Source of the DNA: Oscillospiraceae bacterium
Lineage (GTDB): Bacteria > Bacillota > Clostridia > WRLR01
Assembly: GCA_009777515.1 (NCBI GenBank)
Contig: WRLR01000003.1
Span: 7,289-71,288 of the forward strand
Reading direction: 5' to 3'
Length of the DNA: 64,000 nt
Shown here: positions 45,097 through 54,696 of the stretch, piece by piece
Position numbering within the stretch: the stretch's first letter is position 1
How the letters are laid out: each line of letters opens with the position of its first letter
Notes under the pieces: generated by a model
The model's database searches: none
Told to the model about the DNA's origin: nothing
The model's input: the letters and a program-made list of their open reading frames with translations, nothing else
Position numbers and translations under genes: made by a program

Positions 45097-46704
45097 ATGC
45101 CGGCGTTGTTTAAGAAAGCCTCTTTCCGTTATTTTATCGGGTATTTGTCTATCTTGACAGTACCCGTCATTGTCAGCGTCGCCGTGTTTATATCGTTTCG
45201 GGGGTATTTTCACGAGGAGCTGGAGAAATACGGTTTTTCAATACTGAGCCAGATAAAGACCGGCATGGACGACAAATTATATGGCGTAAGCCAAAAATCC
45301 ATGGACATTGTCATTGACCGCAGGATCACAAAGTTTTCAACTCTAGGAACGAAGATCGACGCTTACGGAATTGAGACGCTGGTACTCGCTCAGGCGTTAC
45401 TGGACAGGGCGAAGGTTTCGGACAACTATATCTCCGACGCTTTTTTAATTAATTACAATGGCGGGTTTGTGCTGACTTCCAGCGGGAAAACGGACTTAGG
45501 GGAGCATTTTTCAAGGCACAGGTTTTACCAACCTGACGGCGGGTCTAACTGGGAATCGCTCATTTCCGGATGGCCAGAATATGGATTTTTCATTATCAGT
45601 AGCCCTTCGGAGCAAAAACAATATATAGTGCTGGCAAGGGCGATCCCAGTCACTGCCGTGCGTAGGGAGGATTGCAAAGCGGCGCTGGTGATGCTGATAG
45701 ACGTGGATATTATCAGGGCTGAATTTGTTCGCTTGTCTTCGCTCGATCAGTCCGGCTTGTATCTTGTTAATAGTCAAGGGGATGCGGTTATCGGAGTAGG
45801 TATAGGCGCTAGCGTCAGCGCAGTCGCAATCGTAGGCGACAATTCCGCTGTCGCGGGCGCTTTCGCAGGCGGCGGCTATGGCGGCAGCGCTTTCGATGGG
45901 GTCGCCGACTGGGAACCCGGACTGTTTAATCCGGAGGGCGCAAGCGGGGTATATAAGCCCTCGCCGGATATTATACTTTGTTACGCCGCGTCGGACTTCA
46001 GCCCATGGTTGTATGTGTGGCTCAACTCCATCGACAGCATATCCGCGAACCTGGCGCTTATAGAAGCGCTGATGGCATACAGCCTACTGGCCGCGACGGC
46101 GCTGGGTCTCGTGATATCCATATACCTGACTCGAAACAATCTATCGCCCGTCACTGAAATTATCAGGCTGATTCGTCGGCAGCCCGAAGCCGGGAGGCAC
46201 CAATCCACGACGGAAGAGTTTGTGGACATCCGCCGGGGCATTTCTATCCTCATGCAGAGCCACCAAGCTATGGAAGGCGAACTGGAGAGAGCGCGCCTTC
46301 GGTTAGTGGAGCTGACGAAGCATTCCGATGCGGAAATGGGCAATATACGCTATTCGCAAATAGAACAATATATCCGCGAACATTACTATGAGATCAACCT
46401 CAGCCTGGAGCAGGTGGCTTCGGCGTTTGGTATATCGCCCCCATATCTGTCGAGCCTTTTTAAAAGCATGCACGGCGAAAGTTTTTTAATATATTTGCGC
46501 CATGTGAGGATTGGTAAAGCCAAGGAATTGTTGAAGACGGGCAAGACGCTTGAACAGATAGCAAGCAATGTCGGATATATCAACGCGAATATTCTTATAC
46601 GCAATTTCAAAAAGGATGTAGGTATGACGCCGGGGCAATATCGGATGCAGGTGCCATATATACCCGATCAGGCGTCGGATGCACCGGCCAGTCCACAGTT
46701 GTGA
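45097..46704 (+). CDS. membrane-anchored AraC-family transcriptional regulator with extracytoplasmic sensor domain
   Basis: Two TM helices flank a ~270-aa loop. C-terminal AraC HTH (LEQVASAFGISPPYLSSLFK ... IASNVGYINANILIRNFKK). Confidence 0.85.
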   Translation: MPALFKKASFRYFIGYLSILTVPVIVSVAVFISFRGYFHEELEKYGFSILSQIKTGMDDKLYGVSQKSMDIVIDRRITKFSTLGTKIDAYGIETLVLAQALLDRAKVSDNYISDAFLINYNGGFVLTSSGKTDLGEHFSRHRFYQPDGGSNWESLISGWPEYGFFIISSPSEQKQYIVLARAIPVTAVRREDCKAALVMLIDVDIIRAEFVRLSSLDQSGLYLVNSQGDAVIGVGIGASVSAVAIVGDNSAVAGAFAGGGYGGSAFDGVADWEPGLFNPEGASGVYKPSPDIILCYAASDFSPWLYVWLNSIDSISANLALIEALMAYSLLAATALGLVISIYLTRNNLSPVTEIIRLIRRQPEAGRHQSTTEEFVDIRRGISILMQSHQAMEGELERARLRLVELTKHSDAEMGNIRYSQIEQYIREHYYEINLSLEQVASAFGISPPYLSSLFKSMHGESFLIYLRHVRIGKAKELLKTGKTLEQIASNVGYINANILIRNFKKDVGMTPGQYRMQVPYIPDQASDAPASPQL

Positions 46705-46725
46705 GCGGAAGGGGTGAGCGGTAAC

Positions 46726-47628
46726 ATGAAAACGATGAGAAGCATTATTAAAAATATAGATATGTACTTGATGATATTGCCCGCGTTTTGTTTTTTGGTG
46801 GTGTTTGCTTATATACCGATGTATGGCATTGTTATAGCGTTTAAAGACTTTAATATTTTCGAGGGTGTGATGGCCAGCCCCTGGGTTGGGTTCAAACATT
46901 TCCAAAGGCTGTTCGAGACCCCAAAATTTTGGGAGATATTCAGAAATACGCTGATCATCAGTATCATGAAGCTGACATTTTACTTCCCATTCCCCATTGT
47001 GCTGGCGCTCGCACTCAACGAGATTCGCAATCGTGTGTTCAAAGTTTCCATACAGACAATATCATATATACCGCATTTTATATCCTGGGTCATCGCCGGG
47101 GCTTTGGCGATGGACATTCTTTCGTTGAACTACGGTATCGTTAACGCGATTATTAAGTCGTTAGGGTTCGAGCCCATTTATTTTATTGTCAGCCCCTCGC
47201 ATTTTCGGTGGGTGCTGGTGTTTTTGGATATCTGGAAGTCCTCCGGGTGGGGCGCGATCGTGTACATCGCCGCGATCTCTTCTATTAATACGGATCTTTA
47301 TGAGGCCGCTACAGTGGACGGCGCCGGGAAACTGCGCCAGATGTGGCACATCACCCTGCCGGGTATTCGTTCAACCATCGTGGTGCTGCTTCTACTCCGG
47401 TTGGGCAACCTGATGGAAGCTGGCCACGAGCAAATCATGATGCTGCTCACGCCCGCCGTGTACGACATCGGCGATATAATAAGCACATATGTCTACCGCA
47501 TGGGCATTGGCCGGATGCAGTACAGCTTTACCACGGCGGTCAATCTGTTCCGCAACATTATCGGTTGCGCATTGTTGTTTTCTGCGAACTATTTCGTAAA
47601 AAAACTGGGCGAACCGGGGATCATATAA
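46726..47628 (+). CDS. carbohydrate ABC transporter permease (LplB-like)
   Basis: 6-TM MalF/LplB-type permease with the EAA-like loop YEAATVDGAGKLRQMWHITLPG. The ATG follows GAAGGGGTGAG. Confidence 0.9.
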   Translation: MKTMRSIIKNIDMYLMILPAFCFLVVFAYIPMYGIVIAFKDFNIFEGVMASPWVGFKHFQRLFETPKFWEIFRNTLIISIMKLTFYFPFPIVLALALNEIRNRVFKVSIQTISYIPHFISWVIAGALAMDILSLNYGIVNAIIKSLGFEPIYFIVSPSHFRWVLVFLDIWKSSGWGAIVYIAAISSINTDLYEAATVDGAGKLRQMWHITLPGIRSTIVVLLLLRLGNLMEAGHEQIMMLLTPAVYDIGDIISTYVYRMGIGRMQYSFTTAVNLFRNIIGCALLFSANYFVKKLGEPGII

Positions 47629-47682
47629 TGGGCAAGGGATGGGATCGGGGCACAGATTGTGAACCGGAGAGGGGGACGAGCC

Positions 47683-48552
47683 ATGAAACGCTTATCCATT
47701 GGGGATAAATGTATTACGGCCATTGTTTACATGTTTTTAATGGTGATTGGGATAATTTGCCTGTTTCCGTTCGTCAACGTGTTTTCCAAGTCGATCAGCC
47801 TTGAACGGTTTGTGGCTTCGGGGCAGGTGTTCCTGCTACCCAAAGGCTTTCAGCTTGATGCGTATAACTTTATATTAAAGAACCGCTTCTTTTTTCTATC
47901 GTTTCGCAATTCGGTCATCGTCGTCACGCTGGGGGTCGCCTTAAACATGAGCCTGACGGTGCTCGCCGGTTACCCGCTGTCCCGAAAAGCGTTCCCGGGC
48001 CAAAAAGTCATCATGTATCTGTTTATATTTACGATGTTTTTTAGTGGAGGGATGGTTCCGCTATATCTCTTGCTGTTCAACCTCAAACTGCTGGACACGC
48101 TGGCCTCTTTGATCCTTCCGTCATTTTTAAGCGTATATAACCTGATATTGATGAAAAATTTTTTCCTCAGCATCCCGGACGAGCTGGAAGAATCCGCGAG
48201 GATGGAAGGGTGCTCGAACTTCGGCATCCTTTTGAAGATATTTGTACCGCTGTCTATGCCCGCCATCATGACGCTGACGCTGTTTTATGCCGTTAACCAC
48301 TGGAACGCTTTTTTCAACGCGATGATGTATATTACTAATGAGGAAAAACAACCGTTGCAAATTTTTCTGCGCAACATCGTGTTGGACCTGGTTCCGGGGG
48401 CGACCAATGAGGAAAAAATATTCCTGCAGTTTGATATGCAGTCGGTCAAGTCCGCGACCATCATATTGTCCACCATCCCCATAATGGTCATCTACCCATT
48501 CATATCGAAACATTTTACGAAGGGCGTCATCGTAGGGGCAGTCAAGGGGTGA
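47683..48552 (+). CDS. carbohydrate ABC transporter permease (LplC-like)
   Basis: EAA-like loop ELEESARMEGCSNFGILLKIFVPL. ATG is 6 nt after GGAGAGGGGGA. Confidence 0.9.
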   Translation: MKRLSIGDKCITAIVYMFLMVIGIICLFPFVNVFSKSISLERFVASGQVFLLPKGFQLDAYNFILKNRFFFLSFRNSVIVVTLGVALNMSLTVLAGYPLSRKAFPGQKVIMYLFIFTMFFSGGMVPLYLLLFNLKLLDTLASLILPSFLSVYNLILMKNFFLSIPDELEESARMEGCSNFGILLKIFVPLSMPAIMTLTLFYAVNHWNAFFNAMMYITNEEKQPLQIFLRNIVLDLVPGATNEEKIFLQFDMQSVKSATIILSTIPIMVIYPFISKHFTKGVIVGAVKG

Positions 48553-48560
48553 GAGGCGAG

Positions 48561-48590
48561 CGACCGGGGGCGACCGGGGGTGACCGGAGG
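48561..48590. repeat. 3 x 10-nt tandem repeat immediately after the permease stop
   Basis: cgaccggggg cgaccggggg tgaccggagg. Confidence 0.8.
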
Positions 48591-48609
48591 CAGCCAATAG
48601 ACGAAAAGA

Positions 48610-48631
48610 GGGCGACCGACGACGGTCGCCC
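48610..48631. terminator. bidirectional terminator hairpin between convergent genes
   Basis: GGGCGACCG-acga-CGGTCGCCC (9-bp perfect stem). U-rich tail on the minus-strand read (UCUUUUCGUCU), A/U-rich tail on the plus strand. Confidence 0.7.
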
Positions 48632-48667
48632 TTAAGTATTATTATTAATATTAATAATTTAGTATGC

Positions 48668-51600
48668 CTATTCCCTGGGGGGCCTGGGGGTTCGGCGCGG
48701 GGGTTCCGCGCCCACGTCTTCAGTGGCGCCGGCTGTTGTCGGCGCGGCCGTCGAGGCCTCCGTCGGAGGCGAGGTCGCGGCTTCGGTGGTAGGCGCCGTC
48801 GTCGTCGCTTCTGTTGCAGGCGCTTCCGTCGAGGACGATGTCGCGGCCTCGGTTTCAGGCGCCGCCGTCGTCGTTTCTGTGGGCGTATCGGTATCTTGCC
48901 TTGTTGTCGTCGGCTCTGTTGTGGACGTTGTAGTGTCGGTGACGGGCTCGCGGGTCGGGCGCGGCGTCCTAATCGGCCTACCGTTTTCCGCAGTCGCGGG
49001 CTCTTCCCCGGCGCCGCCCTGCTCGCCGCCGGCCTCCCCTTCGCCGCTGGGCTGCGTCGTTACGTTGGCGTCTGAAATATAGTCTTCCTCACCCTCGTCG
49101 GGCACGATCAGGGTCTCCGAGGGGTCCTCGCCCGGGGGCAGCGGCATCGTGCCGATGGTTTCGATTTGATCCATCGCCTTGTACCTGCTGGTAGTGATCT
49201 TAATCGTTTCCTTCGGCCCGTCGCCTACCTGGACGGTTTTGTACGAGTCAACCGTGTAGCCCGTCCTGCCCGACTGAGAGACTTTGGTCGTGCCAATCGG
49301 CAGAGAGGGATCCTCGGAGGTTATCCGCGTGAACGGAGTCGTCGCTGTGACGTTGTGAGAAAATGAAATGGTTTTTTTCGGGCCGACTTGCGTACCGAGC
49401 AATGTAAACGTTATCGTCGTGCCGTCGACGCCGCAATCAATCCTGACGGGATGGTTGGAACTGTTTTTGAATTTGAAGTCCGGCAGGGGGTATGAGACCG
49501 TTGCGTCGAACCCGTCCCGGACATAGCCCACGACATATGAATGGTTTTGCCGCATGGTGACGTCGAGTTCCGCATACAGAACGGCGTTGTACAGCGTGGA
49601 GGACACTTGGCATATGCCGCCGCCGACGTCGTCGATGAGCTGGCCGTCCATAAACGCGCCGGCCACTTTATAGCCCTTGGCCTCCGTGCGCATCCCGACA
49701 GTTTCGTTAAAGGCAAACTCGTCGCCGGGCGCCAAAATGTAGCCGGTAATCGTCTTCGTCGCGAGTGTCATGTTGTCGCGCCTGTTCTTGTTGTTCGTGC
49801 TGCCGACCGTAAAGTTCGTGCTGGCGCTCCCGAGCTTGTCGTTGAACAGGCTCCCGTCCAAATCGGCCTTCTTCACCGTTGGGTCTACTGTTACGAGCGG
49901 TATCGTGACCTCCTCCGAAGAGTTGCTGTTCAGCGAGTCGATCGCGCGAATGAGCCTGTCCCTGTCGACGGATTGGCCCAATACCTCCGCTATGACAGAA
50001 ATGGACTTTTTGTCCTCAGAAACCTTGTAGTACGCGTCCACGGCGTCTTTATGGATGGTGTTGAATATGCTGTCGGCGTCGATCCGGTCCGGCTGCGACA
50101 TGATGAGGTTGACCTCTATTTCTGCGCTCTCAAAATTGTCGAGGGCGCCGTGCAGCTTTTCTGTGAGATCGTCCTTGTCTATCCGAACGCCTTCGCGCCC
50201 GGGCTTTATGATTACCGACGTCGGCGTGTAGCGGACGTCCGCGTCTTCGATAAGCACGCCCGCTTCTTCCGCTATGCGGTTGGAGAGCTCGGTCACTTTA
50301 TCGTGGTCGTAGTTGTAAATTAAGTTCAGATTGATGGGGTCGCTGGCTATAATCGAGATCTCGCGCATGCGGTCGGCGCCGCTGCCGACACGGCCGATGT
50401 CGAACGCCTGCCGCGCCGCTTCGTCTATATTATAGCGGACGCCCAGCTCGGCGAACGAATATTTTTCCGTGACGTCGCCGATTTTTATCGTGATGAATTT
50501 GTTTTCCAGATTGCCGCCGAATTCGCTGTTTAAAAAGAATAGCAGCTCCTCGTATGTTTTACCGGACACATCCGCGCCGCTGACATACACGCCCTCGTAC
50601 ACCATGTCATGGTCATATTCTTCTGAAAGCGTAACGGGCGTAAGCGCCGGCCCCGGCCCCTGTTTCGAGGTATTGTTGTACAGCAGCACGATTGTGGTGA
50701 TGACCCCCAGGGACAGGACGATCAGCATGATGTTGACTATCTGTGTGACCCTGGATTTTTTGGTGGTCGCCTGTGATGGCCGACGCGCAGGAGCGCGCCC
50801 GGACCCGGAAGCGCTGCGGGAACCGCCGCTTGAGCCGCCGCGAGAACCGCCGCTGCCGCTGCCGCGCGAGCCGCCACTTGGGCCGTTGCGGGAACCGCCG
50901 CCCGCGCCGTTGCGGGAACCGCCACCGGCGCCGCCGCGCGAGCCGCCGCCTGGGCCGCCGCGAGAACCGCCGCTTGCCCCATTGCGTGTATTGTTGCGGT
51001 TACCGGAACCGGCTGCGCTGTTGCGCGATGCGCCGCCGTTGCCGGGAGCCCTTGCGCCGTTACCGGGGCCGGCCCTACCGTTCCTTGGAGCGTTATTATA
51101 TAGCTCGCCCTGGCCTCCGCCGTATTGCGGGGCCCCTCTCTGCTGGGCGCCAGGCGCGCCTCCCCTTGGGGGCGGGCCGTTTTGTGAGCGTAAGTCGCCC
51201 TGCGAACGCATATCGCCCTGTGGGCGGTAGTCGCCTTGCGAGCGGTAGTCGCCCTGCGAGCGGAAGTCGCCCTGTGGGCGACCGGGAGCGGCGCCCCTTG
51301 GGGGCGGGCCGTTTTGCGGGCGCATGCCGCCCTGTGGACTGTTGGCAGAGCCATACTGCGGCATACCCCTTGGCGTACGCGATGTTTCCTGAGAGCGGAA
51401 AGCATCCTGCGAACGGTAACCGTTCGCAGAACGGTTTTGAGGCTGCCCGCCGTTTGGCTGCCGGGCGCCGCGACTTGCAGCCGCGCCCTCCTGTTGAGCC
51501 GTATGCCTCATGTCGTTGCCGCGCCGTACATCGCCCATTGTTTGATTGTAAGCATAACCATTAGCGTAGCCATTTGAATTGCCGTTAGCGTAGCCATGTG

Positions 51601-52042
51601 AATTGCCATTAGCGTAGTTATAATTACCAGTGTCATATTGGTTGTTTGCGTTGTTATTATATTGATATTGTCCATCTATATCAGCGTCGGCGTCCCGGAA
51701 ACTCGAAACGCGGTTAATATCGGCGCTTTCCGATGCGTTTTGTTCCGTATCATCAAATGCCGCGCCAAAGGCTGCAGCCGGAGCCGCGCCTAACGAACCG
51801 TTATGTGCTTCGCTAAATTCCGTATTGTTACTGGGCAAAAAATTCCCCAGTTGCCCCTGTTCCGCGCTGTAGGGAGCCGCTGATGCGTCTGATGTGCGAT
51901 CGCCATTAAACCCGCCGTCGTCTTGAAAACGCGGATTTATGTGTTGCGGACGGGCAGCGGCGCGGGATCGCGGCGAACGCCCGACAATGCCGCGCTGATG
52001 GACTCCACCCCGCGAGGTTTCATTTCTTTCAAGATCAGACAT
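48668..52042 (-). CDS. VanW-domain / G5-domain cell-envelope protein with ~430-aa repeat-built disordered N-terminus
   Basis: Single TM (VNIMLIVLSLGVITTIVLLY), VanW core (GGGICQVSSTLYNA), G5-like segment, Thr/Pro/Ala-rich tail. Confidence 0.9.
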   Translation of the reverse strand: MSDLERNETSRGGVHQRGIVGRSPRSRAAARPQHINPRFQDDGGFNGDRTSDASAAPYSAEQGQLGNFLPSNNTEFSEAHNGSLGAAPAAAFGAAFDDTEQNASESADINRVSSFRDADADIDGQYQYNNNANNQYDTGNYNYANGNSHGYANGNSNGYANGYAYNQTMGDVRRGNDMRHTAQQEGAAASRGARQPNGGQPQNRSANGYRSQDAFRSQETSRTPRGMPQYGSANSPQGGMRPQNGPPPRGAAPGRPQGDFRSQGDYRSQGDYRPQGDMRSQGDLRSQNGPPPRGGAPGAQQRGAPQYGGGQGELYNNAPRNGRAGPGNGARAPGNGGASRNSAAGSGNRNNTRNGASGGSRGGPGGGSRGGAGGGSRNGAGGGSRNGPSGGSRGSGSGGSRGGSSGGSRSASGSGRAPARRPSQATTKKSRVTQIVNIMLIVLSLGVITTIVLLYNNTSKQGPGPALTPVTLSEEYDHDMVYEGVYVSGADVSGKTYEELLFFLNSEFGGNLENKFITIKIGDVTEKYSFAELGVRYNIDEAARQAFDIGRVGSGADRMREISIIASDPINLNLIYNYDHDKVTELSNRIAEEAGVLIEDADVRYTPTSVIIKPGREGVRIDKDDLTEKLHGALDNFESAEIEVNLIMSQPDRIDADSIFNTIHKDAVDAYYKVSEDKKSISVIAEVLGQSVDRDRLIRAIDSLNSNSSEEVTIPLVTVDPTVKKADLDGSLFNDKLGSASTNFTVGSTNNKNRRDNMTLATKTITGYILAPGDEFAFNETVGMRTEAKGYKVAGAFMDGQLIDDVGGGICQVSSTLYNAVLYAELDVTMRQNHSYVVGYVRDGFDATVSYPLPDFKFKNSSNHPVRIDCGVDGTTITFTLLGTQVGPKKTISFSHNVTATTPFTRITSEDPSLPIGTTKVSQSGRTGYTVDSYKTVQVGDGPKETIKITTSRYKAMDQIETIGTMPLPPGEDPSETLIVPDEGEEDYISDANVTTQPSGEGEAGGEQGGAGEEPATAENGRPIRTPRPTREPVTDTTTSTTEPTTTRQDTDTPTETTTAAPETEAATSSSTEAPATEATTTAPTTEAATSPPTEASTAAPTTAGATEDVGAEPPRRTPRPPRE
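50800..51300. repeat. nested in-frame tandem repeats (24-nt GGSRNGAG-type and 18-nt GDYRSQ-type units)
   Basis: Protein runs GGSRGGPGGGSRGGAGGGSRNGAGGGSRNGPSGGSRGSGSGGSRGGSSGGSRS and GDFRSQGDYRSQGDYRPQGDMRSQGDLRSQ. The DNA periodicity is visible. Confidence 0.85.
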
Positions 52043-52182
52043 AATATTAACACCCTTATAAACAAACGTTAGAACAGAAATGGCAGCAGTACATATATTC
52101 TACGTGGTTTTAGTCATTTTTTCAATCCATTTTCCCCATAAAATCGTGCTAATCTTTATTACCTTTTCATTACATCCTGCCT

Positions 52183-53691
52183 GTGATATTATGTATGTGG
52201 CCGCGCGGCGGCTTTATTGCGTATTTTTATCCATTTTTATTGTTAAAAAAAAGCTGGCCCGGCGTACTGGTGATAAATTTGATATCTACTAATGATAAAA
52301 TTCCGTATAACAATAGACGCACAGCCGGCGTTTTCCGTTCCGTGGCGATGGTCCTTGCAATATTTGTTGTGTCGTTGGTCACTCTTGGGATTTTGGCATA
52401 CAGCGGGGTGAACGTCCCGTTTTTTAGCAATGCGCTAAATGGTTCGATCAACGGCGCTGGCAGTGGCACAAGTGGCGGCTCGAGTGGCGGCTCGAGTGGC
52501 GGTACGGGCGGCGGATCGGGCGGCGGAAGCATGGGTAACGGCTCGGGCGGCGGCTCGGGTAGTGGTATAGGCGGCGGTGCGGGCGGCAGTACGGGTAGTG
52601 GATCGGGTAGCGGCTCAGTTGATGGTTCGGGCTCGGGAAGCGGCTCGGGAAGCGGCTGGGTTGGCGGGGCGCCTTCTGAACTTATGGGTTCCGGCGGGGC
52701 ATGGGACGGTTCGGAGATACGCATACCGGCGATGTCTTTGTCCTATGACTCCGGTGAGGAAACGGAGTTTTGCCTGTACGGCAACTATCTCGCGGAATGC
52801 TCCCGCGATAGTTTCAGCCTGTTGGACAGTGAGGGCGCGGAGGTATTCCGCAAGAACATCGATTTTACCAAGCCTGCGCTGCATAAACGCGGCGACTATT
52901 TACTTGTCAGCGATATCGGCGGCAGGTCTGCGTTTGTGATGAAGGGCGCGAAGCTTGTATGGGAGGAATCGTTTTCGAGCGGTATCGTGAACGCCTCAAT
53001 TAATAAAAACGGCTATATCGCCTTTGTTTTTGACGCGGTGGGCTACCGCAACAGCGTTAAAATTATGGCGCCGATGGGTAAGACGCTGTTCGACTGGGTC
53101 GTCGCCGATGATTATGTGCTCAGCTCGGAAATAGCCCCGTCGGGCAAAGAGCTTGTGATTAACCGGTTAAAAACAACCGGCATCGGTGTAAGTTCCGGCC
53201 TTGAGTTTTTTGATATTAACGCAGAGCCAATTTTTACTATAGATTCGGACGAGGGCGAGGTGTTCCTGGGTGTCCGCTATCTCGATGGCGGTATGATGGC
53301 GGTCGCGTCGGAGGATGTTTTCCGGCTCTATTCGGAGCATGGAGAATTGATTATTCAGGAAAAATATGAATCAATCATGGCGATGTGCGAGTTCCCGCGC
53401 GGCAAAGCGGCAGTTGCCGTGCGGTACAACAATCGGGCGTTGGTAATGGAATATGACGGGGACACGCCGAAGGGGCGGGTTTTGTATATTTCGGAAAAGC
53501 CTATCGTTAACATGTCGGCGGACAATGGATATTTGTTTATCAACCTCGGCCACGAGGTTGTGGCCATTAAAGATAACGGCAGTATTGTGTCGCGCCTGAC
53601 GCTGGATTCAGAAACGCTTTACGGCGGGGCGTCCGAAAAGTTTGGCATACTCGCCGTCACAAAAAAGAGCGCGGATATATTCCCGTTCTGA
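52183..53691 (+). CDS. membrane-anchored DUF5711-like protein; start uncertain
   Basis: Single TM (MVLAIFVVSLVTLGILAY), long Gly/Ser run, then a beta-rich body. No convincing RBS for any in-frame start between 52183 and 52340. Confidence 0.65.
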   Translation: MILCMWPRGGFIAYFYPFLLLKKSWPGVLVINLISTNDKIPYNNRRTAGVFRSVAMVLAIFVVSLVTLGILAYSGVNVPFFSNALNGSINGAGSGTSGGSSGGSSGGTGGGSGGGSMGNGSGGGSGSGIGGGAGGSTGSGSGSGSVDGSGSGSGSGSGWVGGAPSELMGSGGAWDGSEIRIPAMSLSYDSGEETEFCLYGNYLAECSRDSFSLLDSEGAEVFRKNIDFTKPALHKRGDYLLVSDIGGRSAFVMKGAKLVWEESFSSGIVNASINKNGYIAFVFDAVGYRNSVKIMAPMGKTLFDWVVADDYVLSSEIAPSGKELVINRLKTTGIGVSSGLEFFDINAEPIFTIDSDEGEVFLGVRYLDGGMMAVASEDVFRLYSEHGELIIQEKYESIMAMCEFPRGKAAVAVRYNNRALVMEYDGDTPKGRVLYISEKPIVNMSADNGYLFINLGHEVVAIKDNGSIVSRLTLDSETLYGGASEKFGILAVTKKSADIFPF

Positions 53692-53739
53692 TTCGTAGCG
53701 GAGCAGTGAATATGCAACGGGCAGCAAAATGTATGCAAA

Positions 53740-53830
53740 GTGGAAAAAAGTGCAAGCAAAGTGTGAGTAAAGTGCGAGCAAGGTGCATACAAAGTGCAAG
53801 TTAATTGCAAGCAAAATGCAAGACAGTACG
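53740..53830. repeat. degenerate 11-12-nt tandem repeat (GCAAAGTG core) in the intergenic gap
   Basis: tgcaagcaaagtg tgagtaaagtg cgagcaaggtg catacaaagtg caagttaattg caagcaaaatg. Confidence 0.7.
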
Positions 53831-53852
53831 TTTACAAGCAACGGGCGGATAA

Positions 53853-54611
53853 ATGGAAAACATTGAACGGTTAGTCTCAACGATATTTGATAAGAACTGG
53901 CTGGACGTCGGGGTTTTGATAGCCATAGGCGTTTTTTTCCTCATCGGGCTTTCCAGCGGGATCATTTTTTCGTCTTTCCGCTTGTTGTCCATGTTCATCG
54001 CCTTAATTATGTCGCTGGCGTTTTACGACAGGCTCGCCGGGTTTATATATGGGACTTATGCAGAAACCGTCATCGACGCTTTTATTTACGATAACTTCCT
54101 CTCGAACCCGGAGGTGAGCGCCGCCCAGTTTGAAGTGAACATCGACAACGCGCTCATCGGCATCGTCGATATGCTCCGGCTGCCCAACGGCGTTGCGGAG
54201 GCGATTTTTACAAGGCCGGCGAGCCTTGCATCGATTTCGCGTACGAACATTTTCAATGACATCGATATTATCGGGCATTTCAGCGCGCAATGTACACATG
54301 CGGTGATAGCGCTGTTCTGCCTCGTCGTCGTTTATGTAATTATCAGGGTAATTATCGCCATTGTTAAAATATTCTTAGACGAGATCGCCGCATTGAAAAT
54401 GTTCAGATTGTTCAATTATATAGCGGGCCCTGTATTCGGGCTAATCGAGGGGATAGCTGTAGTCTATATTGCTCTTGCGGTAATAATGGTCGTCAATATT
54501 GTCATACAGTTGGAACCCCTCCATGATTTGATTGAAAGCGCGCGTTTTTCAAAGGGCATGTATGAAAATAACTTGTTTTTGAACTTTGTACTGCCGCGCA
54601 TGAAGCTGTGA
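53853..54611 (+). CDS. cvpA: CvpA-family membrane protein
   Basis: N-terminal NWLDVGVLIAIGVFFLIGLSSGII pattern and a 4-TM layout typical of the colicin V production protein family. Confidence 0.75.
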   Translation: MENIERLVSTIFDKNWLDVGVLIAIGVFFLIGLSSGIIFSSFRLLSMFIALIMSLAFYDRLAGFIYGTYAETVIDAFIYDNFLSNPEVSAAQFEVNIDNALIGIVDMLRLPNGVAEAIFTRPASLASISRTNIFNDIDIIGHFSAQCTHAVIALFCLVVVYVIIRVIIAIVKIFLDEIAALKMFRLFNYIAGPVFGLIEGIAVVYIALAVIMVVNIVIQLEPLHDLIESARFSKGMYENNLFLNFVLPRMKL

Positions 54612-54696
54612 CTGTATTTGAGTGGGGTTTACGGGAAATCAATGCGTATATGAATCATATTTTGTTATGTAAATAAGGGGAAAATAACTGGAAAAA

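Noticed and set aside
50469-51577. Four overlapping 110-260-aa ORFs on both strands
   Set aside because: All are alternative-frame readings of the GGSR/GDYRSQ repeat region of the VanW-family gene.
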